Position numbers and translations under genes: made by a program. A DNA stretch of 64,000 nucleotides. It comes from Candidatus Aenigmatarchaeota archaeon (GTDB lineage Archaea > Aenigmatarchaeota > Aenigmatarchaeia > CG10238-14 > SCSR01). This document shows positions 41,430-50,106 of the stretch, one piece after another. The notes beneath the pieces were generated by a model. It ran no database searches. It was not told where the DNA came from and worked only from the letters and a program-made list of their open reading frames with translations. The stretch lies in the NCBI GenBank assembly GCA_038999725.1, contig JAWBWS010000001.1, forward strand, positions 193,713-257,712, in the 5' to 3' direction. Each line of letters begins with the position of its first letter. Position 1 is the first letter of the stretch.

Positions 41430-41456
41430 ATGGCTAAGAAGAAAAAGAAATGCTAA
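41430..41456 (+). CDS. Putative micro-ORF MAKKKKKC
   Basis: TATA-like element upstream; CTAAA/TTTAG hairpin and T8 tract downstream. Confidence 0.3.
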   Translation: MAKKKKKC

Positions 41457-41514
41457 ATTAACCAGTTTAGTTTTTTTTCTTAAACAAATAATTTGAGACA
41501 TTGGATAGAAGAAT

Positions 41515-42966
41515 TTATCCTGTTTTTATGTATGTAGACTTTGAAACTATCTTTCTCACTTCTTTTTTCTTATCCATAAACTTCAAGTAAGCTTTTGGAA
41601 GTTTAAGCACACCAATAATATCAACAATTGGTTTTATTCTATATGTCAAGATTCTTTCATCTCCAGGGGCAAGAGAAGGAATTCTCCAAACAACTTCGGT
41701 ACCATTTGCAACTTTTCTGAGAGTCGGTCTTAAAGTGTCAAATTTTTCAATTACCTTTGCTATTCCTGGCACAAAATCTCTAACCAAAACATCCCTTATC
41801 TCATTCTTGCTTCTGTTCTTCACTTCAAGCATTATAGTTATTTCTTTCTCTTTTGTTATCGGCCCTAAAACTCTGTGCCTTTTTTCTATACTAACACTAA
41901 AAATGCTCAAGAAAGAATAAACTATTATCACAATCAAGGCAATTGCTATTAACACTGCATTCCACGTGCTTATCTCATATGTTATGGTGTATGTTTGTCC
42001 TGGATTAAGTTGAGGTACAAGCCAAGTGTAAACAATTCTATTTTCTTTGGTCTCTTCAAAAATAGGCTCTCTTTTTGGGAAGAAGAAAGATTTCATGAAA
42101 ATTGGAATAGCTTCAGAAATATGGAAGCTCGTGGTGGGCACATTCCCCTCGTTCTTCACATTTATTTCTACAGTCTGAACCAAAAGACCATATTTTGTGG
42201 TTTTTGTTATTGGTAAAAGTTTTAAATTTTCACTTGCGTTTACTGTTGCTACATTGAATTGTGCTTTCTTCTTACTTACAACAGCTCCAAATTTATCTTT
42301 AATCAAAACTTCAACAGTATATATACCAGGAGCTTGATATTTATCAATTTCTAGAACATGGGTTATTGTTTCTGTTGTTTTCCCCCCAACTGTTTCTATG
42401 TAGTCATCAAATCTTCTAAAAATTTCCCCATTAAACAACACATTTGTTTGCAAGTTGAATGGTTGAGAGAGAATTTCGGACGGATTCCTTATCAAAACTT
42501 TAATTGTTAGATAATCACCTGGATCAATTTTTGGTTTGTCAAGGTTCAATTCATAGATGCAAATGCCAAATTTCCTAATTATTTCAACTATAAGGCTCTC
42601 GGAATCGCTCACTTCTTCCCTTTCTCTTGATCTCACAGTTATGGCAAAAGATGCCGAAACTTCTTCAGCACATTCGGGAGTTTCAAAGTAAATTTTCAAA
42701 CTCTTGTTTTCACCTGGTCCAAGGGTTAGAGTGTATTTTTCTAAGGTAGGTATAATTCCATAATAATAAGAAGGGAAAATTGAAATGGAAAATGTATCTC
42801 TAAAAGCTTGGTTATTTTTTATAGTTGCTTCTACTACCCCTGCCTCACCACCATAAATAGTGAGAACTTTTGTTTTCAGAGATAAACTTACTTCTTCCGC
42901 AGCTAAACAAACATTTAGAGCTAAAAGAAATGCTAGAGGCAAGAATATAAGAGCTTTTAGTTTCAT
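41515..42966 (-). CDS. Secreted/membrane-anchored beta-rich (Ig/CARDB-like) surface protein
   Basis: Signal peptide, repeated VKNEG/TITYEI-type beta motifs, TM near aa 335-355. Confidence 0.75.
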   Translation of the reverse strand: MKLKALIFLPLAFLLALNVCLAAEEVSLSLKTKVLTIYGGEAGVVEATIKNNQAFRDTFSISIFPSYYYGIIPTLEKYTLTLGPGENKSLKIYFETPECAEEVSASFAITVRSREREEVSDSESLIVEIIRKFGICIYELNLDKPKIDPGDYLTIKVLIRNPSEILSQPFNLQTNVLFNGEIFRRFDDYIETVGGKTTETITHVLEIDKYQAPGIYTVEVLIKDKFGAVVSKKKAQFNVATVNASENLKLLPITKTTKYGLLVQTVEINVKNEGNVPTTSFHISEAIPIFMKSFFFPKREPIFEETKENRIVYTWLVPQLNPGQTYTITYEISTWNAVLIAIALIVIIVYSFLSIFSVSIEKRHRVLGPITKEKEITIMLEVKNRSKNEIRDVLVRDFVPGIAKVIEKFDTLRPTLRKVANGTEVVWRIPSLAPGDERILTYRIKPIVDIIGVLKLPKAYLKFMDKKKEVRKIVSKSTYIKTG

Positions 42967-43002
42967 TTCCTCACTATATATTAAAATGAATTTTTAAATA
43001 AA

Positions 43003-43635
43003 TTAGCTTCTTTTTCTCAATTTTTTAATGGCATCCTCTATCCGGTTTCCAATTGGTTTTATTTCAGTTCCTTTTCCCCCTGGCTGAAAGAGGTAAGAGA
43101 TGTCATATTTTCTACCGTAAATGTTATACCAAGTCAAATTCTCGAAAGGAATTCTTTCTTTTCTTTCTTCTTCTTTTTCAACAAACCCAAGGGCAACTAT
43201 AGCAACCGCTCTCAACTTGTCTGGCAAGTGTAATATATCTTTAACTCTTTCTTCATCAAAAGACCCAATCCAAACTGCTCCTAAACCTAAGGCATTTGCT
43301 GTTATTAACATAAGCATAGTTGCGGCTGCAGTATCTTGTATGGAGTAAAAAACTTCTCCCCTTTTTTGAAATCTCATGTTGGCTTTTCCCAAATCCGCAC
43401 AAACCACTATTAACACAGGAGCTTCTTTTATCAACCGATGTTCCAAAGCTGCTTTGTAAAGTTTTTCCTTCTTTTCTTCATCCCTAACAACGATAAAGTT
43501 CCACTCTTGCATTTCACCGGCAGAATGAGCGTGTGTAGCCATGTAGAGAATAACACCAACCAGCTTATCATCTATAGGCTCTTTTTTAAATTTCAAAATA
43601 TTTTTCCTCTTGACAATTGCGTCGAAGATGTTCAT
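43003..43635 (-). CDS. Nitroreductase-family protein
   Basis: AHSAGEMQEWNFIVV, QDTAAA, ALGLGAVWIGSF. Confidence 0.88.
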   Translation of the reverse strand: MNIFDAIVKRKNILKFKKEPIDDKLVGVILYMATHAHSAGEMQEWNFIVVRDEEKKEKLYKAALEHRLIKEAPVLIVVCADLGKANMRFQKRGEVFYSIQDTAAATMLMLITANALGLGAVWIGSFDEERVKDILHLPDKLRAVAIVALGFVEKEEERKERIPFENLTWYNIYGRKYDISYLFQPGGKGTEIKPIGNRIEDAIKKLRKRS

Positions 43636-43666
43636 CTCTCTCTTATTAGAACTTTGATTCTAACAA

Positions 43667-43819
43667 TTAAAGTTTTTTGGTTGCCCCACAAACTGGGCAA
43701 CACCACACCTCTTCTTTCTTCCCCTCATCAGAAATCATAACAATTTTTTCCATTTTCACTTTTTCATGTAAATTCTTTAAACAGCTTTCACAAATACCAA
43801 AGGTCCAACTCCTGACCAT
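43667..43819 (-). CDS. Small zinc-ribbon protein (50 aa; not in ORF track)
   Basis: MVRSWTFGICESC...EEVWCCPVCGATKKL. Confidence 0.6.
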   Translation of the reverse strand: MVRSWTFGICESCLKNLHEKVKMEKIVMISDEGKKEEVWCCPVCGATKKL

Positions 43820-43856
43820 AAAATATAATAATAATACAAATGAAATGTTGATTTGT

Positions 43857-45566
43857 ATGGATTATTCAATCCTGGCAGACTACTATGAGAAATTGGAGAA
43901 TGTTTCAGCAAAATTGAAAAAAACTGAAATACTTGTTGAGCTGTTCAAGAAAGCTGATGAAGAGGAACTGCCAAAAATGGTCTTACTTCTTCAAGGTATG
44001 GTTTATCCAAAATACATGCAGTTAGAGCTTGGCATAGCAACACAAATGATGATTCGTGCAATTTCTAAAGCATTTGGTTTCAAACCAGAAGAAATTGAGG
44101 AGAAATTTGCAAAACTTGGTGATCTTGGTTTGGTTGTTGAGGAATGTGTCAAATCAAAAAAGCAGGCAACACTTTTAAAGAAAAAGCTTACATTAAGCTT
44201 CGTTTTTGAGAACTTACGCAAACTTGCAACAATAACAGGAGAGGGTTCTCAAGAAAAGAAGCTGAATCTGATAATAGAGCTTCTTGTTTCAGCAAAACCA
44301 AAAGAGGCGAGATATATAGTGAGAACAATTTTAGGTGAACTGAGGGTTGGCGTTGCAGAAGGTTTAATAAGGGACGCAATTTTTCAAGCTTTCTTAGTTA
44401 AAGAAGATATGAGTAAGGAAGAAAAAGAGGAAGCAGTTCAAGCGGTTGATTATGCTTGGAACATAGTTTCAGATTTTGGGGAAGTTGCTAAAATTGCCAA
44501 AAAAGAGGGTATAAAAGGTTTGAAAAAAATAAAAATAGAGGTTGGAAGGCCAATTCAAGTTATGCTTGGTGAAAAAGCGGAAAGTATAGAAGAGGTAATA
44601 AAAGAATTTGGGAAAATTGCTGCAGAATACAAATACGATGGGATGCATGCAGAAATTCACAAGAAGGGAGAGAAAATTTGGATCTACACAAGAAGGCTAG
44701 AGGATGTGACAAAACAGTTCCCAGATGTTGTGGAGATGTGTAGGGATGGACTTAAGCCTAGAGAATGCATAGTTGAAGGTGAAGTTTTAGCTATAAATCC
44801 TAAGACAGGTTTGCCCCTACCTTTTCAATTGCTATCTCAAAGGATTCATAGGAAGTATGATATAGAGAAGATGACTAAAGAAATCCCTGTTCAATTGAAT
44901 TTGTTTGACATCATGTATTTAGATGGAAAAGCTCTTTTCAACAAGAGTTTCCTAGAGAGGAGGAAAATCTTAGAACAAATAGTCAAGGAAATTCCAAAAA
45001 AACTTCAACTCGCTAAGCAGATAATAACAGATAATGTGAAAGATGCCGAAAAATTTTACAAAGAGGCTCTGGAAGCAAAGCAAGAAGGCTTGATGCTAAA
45101 AGTCTTGAGTTCTCCTTATGTTTTTGGAAGGCATGTTGGCACAATGTATAAGATAAAGCCAATAATGGAAACTTTGGATTTGGTCATAGTTGGTGCAACA
45201 TGGGGTGAAGGTGCAAGAGCCAATTGGCTCACAAGTTTTGAGTTAGGTTGCAGAGATCCTGACACAGGAAAATTCTTGAGATGTGGGATGATGTCCACAG
45301 GTCTGACCGAAGAAGAATATCAGCAAATGACTGAAATGCTCAAACCACTGATAATAGAAGAAAAAGGAAAGAATGTTAAAGTTAAGCCAAAAATTGTGGT
45401 TGAGGTAGCATATCAGGAGATACAAAAATCACCAAATTATGAGTCAGGATTTGCTTTGAGATTTCCAAGATTTGTGAGAGACAGAACTGCAGACAAATCT
45501 CCTGAAGAGGCTGACACAATAGAAAGAATTAAATCACTTTTTGAGAGTCAGGGAAGAGCCGGCTAA
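43857..45566 (+). CDS. lig: ATP-dependent DNA ligase
   Basis: EYKYDG, VEGE, FDIMY, EGLMLK, KIK, ALRFPRF; likely start MDYSIL at 43857. Confidence 0.95.
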   Translation: MDYSILADYYEKLENVSAKLKKTEILVELFKKADEEELPKMVLLLQGMVYPKYMQLELGIATQMMIRAISKAFGFKPEEIEEKFAKLGDLGLVVEECVKSKKQATLLKKKLTLSFVFENLRKLATITGEGSQEKKLNLIIELLVSAKPKEARYIVRTILGELRVGVAEGLIRDAIFQAFLVKEDMSKEEKEEAVQAVDYAWNIVSDFGEVAKIAKKEGIKGLKKIKIEVGRPIQVMLGEKAESIEEVIKEFGKIAAEYKYDGMHAEIHKKGEKIWIYTRRLEDVTKQFPDVVEMCRDGLKPRECIVEGEVLAINPKTGLPLPFQLLSQRIHRKYDIEKMTKEIPVQLNLFDIMYLDGKALFNKSFLERRKILEQIVKEIPKKLQLAKQIITDNVKDAEKFYKEALEAKQEGLMLKVLSSPYVFGRHVGTMYKIKPIMETLDLVIVGATWGEGARANWLTSFELGCRDPDTGKFLRCGMMSTGLTEEEYQQMTEMLKPLIIEEKGKNVKVKPKIVVEVAYQEIQKSPNYESGFALRFPRFVRDRTADKSPEEADTIERIKSLFESQGRAG

Positions 45567-45697
45567 TCTCCTATAAAAATGAAGAAATTTTCGCATCATT
45601 TATTGATAAGAAAAAAATTTTTAAGTTTTTTTAGTTCACAGTAATATATAAAACCTTAAATATTAAATCACTTAATAGTTAAAACAGAGGTATTTGG

Positions 45698-46513
45698 ATG
45701 TTAGCATCTAATAAAACCATGGAAGCCTTGCGCAGCATAGGCTTGAATTTATATGAAAGAAAACTTTGGGTAGCTCTTTTAGCAAAAGGAACTAGCACTG
45801 CAGGAGAGCTATCAACAATAGCAAATGTTCCAAGGTCGAGGAGTTACGATGTCTTACAAAGTTTGGCAGAAAAAGGATTTGTTGTTGTACAATCAGGAAA
45901 ACCTTTGAAATTTGTTGCAATTCCCCCCACAGAAGCTTTGGAGAGGGTAAAAGCAAAAATTGAAGAGGAGTTGAAGAGTAAAATAGAAAGGATAGAAGAA
46001 CTTAAGTCAAGCCCTGTGGTGAAAGAACTGAATGAAATCTTTAACCATGGTATAAAAACAATTGCTCCAGAAGAAATGACAGGAGCTTTAAAAGGCAAGT
46101 ATACACTCCATCAGCAACTCGCTTCTATGTTTAAAGCAGCAGATAAGCAAATAGCAATTGTTACCACACCAGAAGGTTTAATCGAGCTTACCACAAACCA
46201 TTTTGAAAATTTGAAGAAAGCTAAAGAAGCTGGGGTTAGCATAAAAATAGCAACCACAGGAAAAGAAAAGGCAAATGAAGCAATAAAAACATTGAGCACT
46301 ATAGCTGAGATAAGAGTTTTGGATGAAAAGGATGTTAACTTGGCTGGAAGATTTTGTGTGGTAGATGACAAGGAGTTTGTTATATCTCTGACAGACACAA
46401 AAGTCCATTCAACTCAAGACTTAGCACTCTGGAGCAAGAGCGAGCATGCAGCAGAAAATATTCTTTCACCTTTGTTTAAGCTGGTGTGGCAACATTCAAA
46501 GCCAATAAGTTAA
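45698..46513 (+). CDS. TrmB-family transcriptional regulator
   Basis: GLNLYERKLW...STAGELSTIANVPRSRSYDVLQSLAEKGFV; C-terminal PLD-like domain. Confidence 0.9.
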   Translation: MLASNKTMEALRSIGLNLYERKLWVALLAKGTSTAGELSTIANVPRSRSYDVLQSLAEKGFVVVQSGKPLKFVAIPPTEALERVKAKIEEELKSKIERIEELKSSPVVKELNEIFNHGIKTIAPEEMTGALKGKYTLHQQLASMFKAADKQIAIVTTPEGLIELTTNHFENLKKAKEAGVSIKIATTGKEKANEAIKTLSTIAEIRVLDEKDVNLAGRFCVVDDKEFVISLTDTKVHSTQDLALWSKSEHAAENILSPLFKLVWQHSKPIS

Positions 46514-48429
46514 ATGGTCTTGGCTCCCCAAGGAACAAAAATAACTCTCTTTGAAAGCTCTCTTGGTATGTACAAGGGTCTAAATGGCATTTCTGCAGTT
46601 TTTTCCTTCACTTCTTTTCTAAATTCTTTCAAACTCATCTCTTTTCTAAATTCCTTCTTTATTGAAGATTTTTCCCTAATCACAACCTGGAGTTTTTCGG
46701 ATTTAAGTTCCTTATCACCAATCACTATTATGTAGGGTATCCAACTCTTTTTAGCCTCAAAAACTTTTTTTGCAACAGTCAAATCTCTATCATCAACACC
46801 AACTCTAATTTTTTCTTTTTCTAGAATGTCAGCAATTTCTTCACATCTCTTAAGGTGTTTTTCGTTACTAACAGGAATTAGCCTAACTTGTTCGGGGGAA
46901 AGCCAAAGTGGGAGCATAGGAGCCTTATTTTCTCGTTCCATCCAATTTCCGGTTTCAAGGATAGCTGCTACAGCTCTTTCTATACTTCCAAAAGAAGAGG
47001 CGTGAATTATGATGGGGACAGGAACTTTATTACCATTTTTGTCTATAAAACAGATGTTAAATCTTTCACCATTTTTTACATCCCACTGCACTGTTGAAAT
47101 TTGTAGGTTGTTTCCATCTGGAAATATGGCTTGATACTCGTTCTTGAAGGCATAATAGTGAGACATCTCCTTCATCAATTTGAAAAAGGCAGGGACTTTA
47201 ATTTTCTTGATTATACCTTTAAGAAAATCTTTATACTTTTCATAAAAGCTTTCAACAATTTCAAATCCTAAGACCCAATGCTCTTTTGCTATAGTTTCAT
47301 GCATGAGTTTAGCAAAGAGCAAAGATAACTCTTCATAAACTTTTTTTGCTTGTTCTTCATTAGCACAGAAAGCGTGTTGATCTGTCATCCAAAAGTTTCT
47401 CACCCTCATCAGTCCGGAAAGCTCCCCCTTTTTCTCTTTTCTGAAACAAATTGCTTCTTCATAAACTTTTACTGGCATGTTCTTGTAAGTGAAAATAAGT
47501 TTTTGGACAAATGGAAAAGCTCCCGGATCACTTGCGAATCTCAAAACCAATGGAATTTTTTCCTCGACTTTATAGTCCCTTTCGTGAAATTCACCTTGTA
47601 GCTTCTTTATTTCTTCAATATCAGTTCTGTATAAAAGTGGGTTTTGCATTTTCATAGCACCCCAGGGTATAGCAATCTTATACAAAGCATAATCCATTAT
47701 CAAGTCCTTTATTAAAACACCATTAGGATACCACTTCATATTTCCAACATCACTTTCTTGACAATAATCAACAAGTTCAAGCCTCCTCATTAGTTCTATG
47801 TGTTTTGGTTGCTTGCTCTTTGGTGGATTTCCTTCAAGTTCATTTCTCACGAAAATCTTCAAGTATTCATACCTTTTTTCTTTTTTCGAAAAAACTTTGC
47901 ATCTCTTCCAATTTTCAAGCGTAACTTCATGCTCATTTCCATCACAATCAACTATTATGAAGCGATAAAATTTTTCCTTCCCCTTTTCTTTCTCATCTCT
48001 CTCCTTTACCTCCAATTCATCACCAACAAAAGTTCTTGATTGCTCTGCCAAAGGATGGCCTTTTACAGCATTTGTTATTCTTTTGTTCCAACCAAAAGGT
48101 GCTCTAAAGGTTTCGATTTTCAATTCCTTAGCATAGGCCTCCATGGTTTTAAGGAGTTTAAGGGCTTCTTCGGGTTTTGCTGGTTTGTTTGATAGGTGGA
48201 CGAAGGGGTAAATCAACAATTTGTTGACCTTCAAATTTTTCATGGATTCTTTTATTTCTTCCACAGCCCTTTTTGCAATCCTTTCATTGTCTCCTTCTTC
48301 AACACTAATGAAAGCAACCAAAATTTCTTCAAATCTGTATATTTTCTTTTCAACCTCTTCAGCTTGGGGAATTTCTTTTTCTATAGGCTCATATTCAATC
48401 CAATCCGAATGAGTTTGTAATATTCTCAC
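46510..48429 (-). CDS. thrS: Threonine--tRNA ligase (archaeal type with N-terminal editing domain)
   Basis: MRILQTHSD, YPFVHLS, RAPFGW, KGHPLAE, GSIER, LPLWLSPEQVR. Confidence 0.95.
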   Translation of the reverse strand: MRILQTHSDWIEYEPIEKEIPQAEEVEKKIYRFEEILVAFISVEEGDNERIAKRAVEEIKESMKNLKVNKLLIYPFVHLSNKPAKPEEALKLLKTMEAYAKELKIETFRAPFGWNKRITNAVKGHPLAEQSRTFVGDELEVKERDEKEKGKEKFYRFIIVDCDGNEHEVTLENWKRCKVFSKKEKRYEYLKIFVRNELEGNPPKSKQPKHIELMRRLELVDYCQESDVGNMKWYPNGVLIKDLIMDYALYKIAIPWGAMKMQNPLLYRTDIEEIKKLQGEFHERDYKVEEKIPLVLRFASDPGAFPFVQKLIFTYKNMPVKVYEEAICFRKEKKGELSGLMRVRNFWMTDQHAFCANEEQAKKVYEELSLLFAKLMHETIAKEHWVLGFEIVESFYEKYKDFLKGIIKKIKVPAFFKLMKEMSHYYAFKNEYQAIFPDGNNLQISTVQWDVKNGERFNICFIDKNGNKVPVPIIIHASSFGSIERAVAAILETGNWMERENKAPMLPLWLSPEQVRLIPVSNEKHLKRCEEIADILEKEKIRVGVDDRDLTVAKKVFEAKKSWIPYIIVIGDKELKSEKLQVVIREKSSIKKEFRKEMSLKEFRKEVKEKTAEMPFRPLYIPRELSKRVIFVPWGAKTI

Positions 48430-48618
48430 AAGACCACCAAAATTCTTTTGTATTTATAAATAATTTTGTTGATATTCAAGAATAAGGAAAGGAGTTTAGG
48501 ATAGTGTTTGACACTCACCCATCATTTTAACCTAAAAAATCATTTATCGATTTAAATTTAAATACTTTTGTACCAGGTGAAAAATGTATGAATATCTAAC
48601 TTCAATTAAAAAATGAAT

Positions 48619-48715
48619 AGCCCCGTGGTGTAGCGGTCAAGCACACGAATTTGGTGGAAGGCTCTGGCCGCTAGGGTGAAACCTCGGGACGCCAGTTCGA
48701 ATCTGGCCGGGGCTA
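48619..48715 (+). tRNA. tRNA-Gln(CTG) with two short introns (~48649-48659 in the anticodon stem; 48668-48680 at 37/38)
   Basis: A1:U72 acceptor AGCCCCG/CGGGGCT; spliced arm CGAGG-CTCTGGA-CCTCG; first intron boundary ambiguous by 1 nt. Confidence 0.82.
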
Positions 48716-49174
48716 TAAAATTTCTTCTACTCTAAAACTTCTCTCACAATACCAGCATTTTAATTTCAACGGCTCCCTTCTTTGAATAAGAAATTTTGTG
48801 ATAATTGGTTCATTGCTATTTGTTATACAGTTTGAATTCGGGCATTTAACAATCCCTTCTAATATTTCTGGTAAAATAACTTTTCTTTTTTCTACAACTT
48901 CCCAATCTCTAATAATGTTTATGGTGGCATTGGGAGCAATTAAAGCTATTTTATTTGTTTCATCTTTTGTCAGTTCTCTATTTTCAATTTTTACAATATC
49001 TTTCTTTCCCAATTTTTTGCTAGAGGCATTTATGAGTATAACCACAGTTTCATTGCTACTAGAATCAAACTTAAGTATATCAACAACTTTCAAACTCTTA
49101 CCAGCTGGGATATGGTCTATTACAGTCCCATTTTTAATTTTTCTTACCAACAATTCTTCTTCCTTCATCCACAC
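48713..49174 (-). CDS. pyrI: Aspartate carbamoyltransferase regulatory chain
   Basis: IKNGTVIDHIPAG, KKDIVKIE, CPNSNCIT...CWYCE. Confidence 0.96.
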   Translation of the reverse strand: MWMKEEELLVRKIKNGTVIDHIPAGKSLKVVDILKFDSSSNETVVILINASSKKLGKKDIVKIENRELTKDETNKIALIAPNATINIIRDWEVVEKRKVILPEILEGIVKCPNSNCITNSNEPIITKFLIQRREPLKLKCWYCERSFRVEEIL

Positions 49175-50106
49175 ACCAAACTTAATATCGCCATCCTAAC
49201 AGGTACACCATAAAATACTTGATCAAAATATTTCGCATACTTAGTGTTATCAATACTATACTCTATCTCTGTCACTTTTGGTAAGGGATGTAAGATTATC
49301 ATGTCTTCTTTAGCTTCTTTCAGCATTTCTTGTGTAATCCTAAAAGTCTTTTGTATTTTTTCCGCTTCATAAGGGTCTGGAAATCTTTCTTTTTGAATTC
49401 TACAAACATATAAAATATCAGCTTTCTTTATTCCTGAGAAGGGATCATTCGTTTGGAAAATTTTTGCATTAAAATTTTCTTTTATTTCTTCTACTATTTC
49501 ACTTGACATTTCTAAGCCAGGAGGTGATACAAGTGTTAAATTTGCCCCAAACATGGCCAAAATGTAAACTATAGATTTCATCACCCTCCCATATTTAAGA
49601 TCACCAAAAAGGGTGATGTTAAGATTTTCTATATTTCCTTTTAATTTCTTTATCGTGTACAAATCTAGCAAAGCTTGTGTTGGGTGTTGGTTTGCCCCAT
49701 CACCTGCATTAATTACTGGCTTACTAGATATTTCGGCTGCAAATCTTGCTGCCCCCTCTTTTGGGTGCCTTATGACAATAACATCACAATACTTTTCAAC
49801 AACTCTAATAGTATCTGTGAAATTTTCACCTTTAGCTAAAGAAGTTTCTTGTGTCCCTTCAAATCCTATTACACTTCCTCCAAGTCTCTGCATGGCAGTT
49901 GAGAATGAAAGTCTTGTTCTGGTGCTTGGCTCAAAGAATAGTGTTGCTAGAACCTTTCCCTTCATGGTGTCAAGAACCTTTCCCCCATTCACAACTTCTT
50001 CCATTTCTTTTGTTTTTTCTAGAATAATTTCAATTTCTTCCTTTTTCAAGTCCCTTACCGAAATTATGTCTTTATTTTGCAAACTCAACATAATCCTCAA
50101 CCCCAT
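49165..50106 (-). CDS. pyrB: Aspartate carbamoyltransferase catalytic chain
   Basis: FFEPSTRTRLSF, NAGDGANQHPTQ, RIQKER, HPLP. Confidence 0.97.
   Translation of the reverse strand: MGLRIMLSLQNKDIISVRDLKKEEIEIILEKTKEMEEVVNGGKVLDTMKGKVLATLFFEPSTRTRLSFSTAMQRLGGSVIGFEGTQETSLAKGENFTDTIRVVEKYCDVIVIRHPKEGAARFAAEISSKPVINAGDGANQHPTQALLDLYTIKKLKGNIENLNITLFGDLKYGRVMKSIVYILAMFGANLTLVSPPGLEMSSEIVEEIKENFNAKIFQTNDPFSGIKKADILYVCRIQKERFPDPYEAEKIQKTFRITQEMLKEAKEDMIILHPLPKVTEIEYSIDNTKYAKYFDQVFYGVPVRMAILSLVCG

Noticed and set aside
43677..43856. N-terminal extension of DNA ligase in the ORF track
   Set aside because: It overlaps an opposite-strand zinc-ribbon ORF and lacks ligase character; the true start is likely 43857.
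48496..48525. Thr-sensing leader peptide (MMGECQTLS) upstream of thrS
   Set aside because: It has only one Thr codon, and thrS appears to have its own TATA box downstream; support is too weak.
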